Virus record (IMG/VR): IMGVR_UViG_3300005662_000192
Span: 1 to 26,661 of that record
Source: a virus
Taxonomy: Duplodnaviria > Caudoviricetes
Direction: 5' to 3' (one strand)
DNA length: 26,661 nt
Shown here: piece by piece, positions 26,161 through 26,661 of the stretch
Layout of the letters: each line of letters begins with the position of its first letter
Numbering within the stretch: position 1 is the stretch's first letter
Position numbers and translations under genes: made by a program
The notes under the pieces: model-generated
Told to the model about the DNA's origin: nothing
The model's input: the letters and a program-made list of their open reading frames with translations, nothing else
Databases searched by the model: none

Positions 26161-26652
26161 TCAAATAAGAACTTCTGATAAAAAAGCTTCCCATTGTTCA
26201 TGGTGGGCAGCTATGTCTGTTTGATCAAATGTTTTATAAATCGATTTGGAAAGCTGTCTATAAAAATCTGGTTTTGGGGCTCCGTGATATTTCCATCTTT
26301 TTTCGAGGGCTTGAGGATAAAACGAGAGAGCAATTAAACACTTATTGGAAAACACTAGTCCGAAATCCTCAGACATACGTGGTATTACTTCTTTTACTTT
26401 ATCGTGATGTTGATATATAGTAATTGCCACCCGATTACACTCGTCTTCAGAATCAGCAAACTTTGCTGCCAAACAAATCATAAACAGAGCATCAATTGCA
26501 TTTACTGCAATAATTTTTTGAGAATCAGTTATTAATTTAGAACTAATAGCTTGTTTTATAGATGGACGGGAAGAGGGATCCGTTTCATATAAACTTTGAA
26601 GAGCCTTGCAGTTTTTAACGTCGTATAACTGTTCTATTAGACTCTTTGACAT
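26161..26652 (-). CDS. Hypothetical protein
   Basis: 163-aa ATG-started ORF; no motif recognised. Confidence 0.6.
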   Translation of the reverse strand: MSKSLIEQLYDVKNCKALQSLYETDPSSRPSIKQAISSKLITDSQKIIAVNAIDALFMICLAAKFADSEDECNRVAITIYQHHDKVKEVIPRMSEDFGLVFSNKCLIALSFYPQALEKRWKYHGAPKPDFYRQLSKSIYKTFDQTDIAAHHEQWEAFLSEVLI

Positions 26653-26661
26653 GTATATTAT

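Noticed and set aside
1-26661. Stop-codon recoding, or a bacterial contractile injection system / T6SS locus
   Set aside because: Genes tile densely and are intact in the standard code; portal, protease and capsid genes show this is a phage.

Overview
This is part of a large, AT-rich, T4-like myovirus genome; I see no rRNA, tRNA, CRISPR or mobile element. Head module (1-8260): portal (partial), gp13 neck, gp4 head completion, gp21 protease, a small gp67-like core protein, gp22 scaffold and gp23 capsid with a strong terminator. An inverted collar-fibre gene pair interrupts this module. Accessory genes follow, including a GroES/gp31-like co-chaperonin and a Cys-rich protein. A minus-strand operon (9982-13077) encodes a QueD-like protein, a P-loop nucleotide kinase, a TGT/DpdA-like TIM barrel, a GT-A glycosyltransferase, a divergent DUF366-like protein and a gp62-like clamp-loader subunit; four consecutive ATGA overlaps join the first five. 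It is the best candidate for an undescribed system, possibly nucleotide-level 7-deazaguanine hypermodification. Next are four fibre genes; three are paralogues with a shared scaffold and different lectin-like inserts. A gp5/VgrG-like gene carries two peptidoglycan hydrolase domains inside its OB-fold, and its putative spike is a separate gene. Many late genes have TAAATA/TAATTA a few nt before the ATG, suggesting leaderless or short-leader mRNAs. All family calls come from motif recognition by eye, not database searches.
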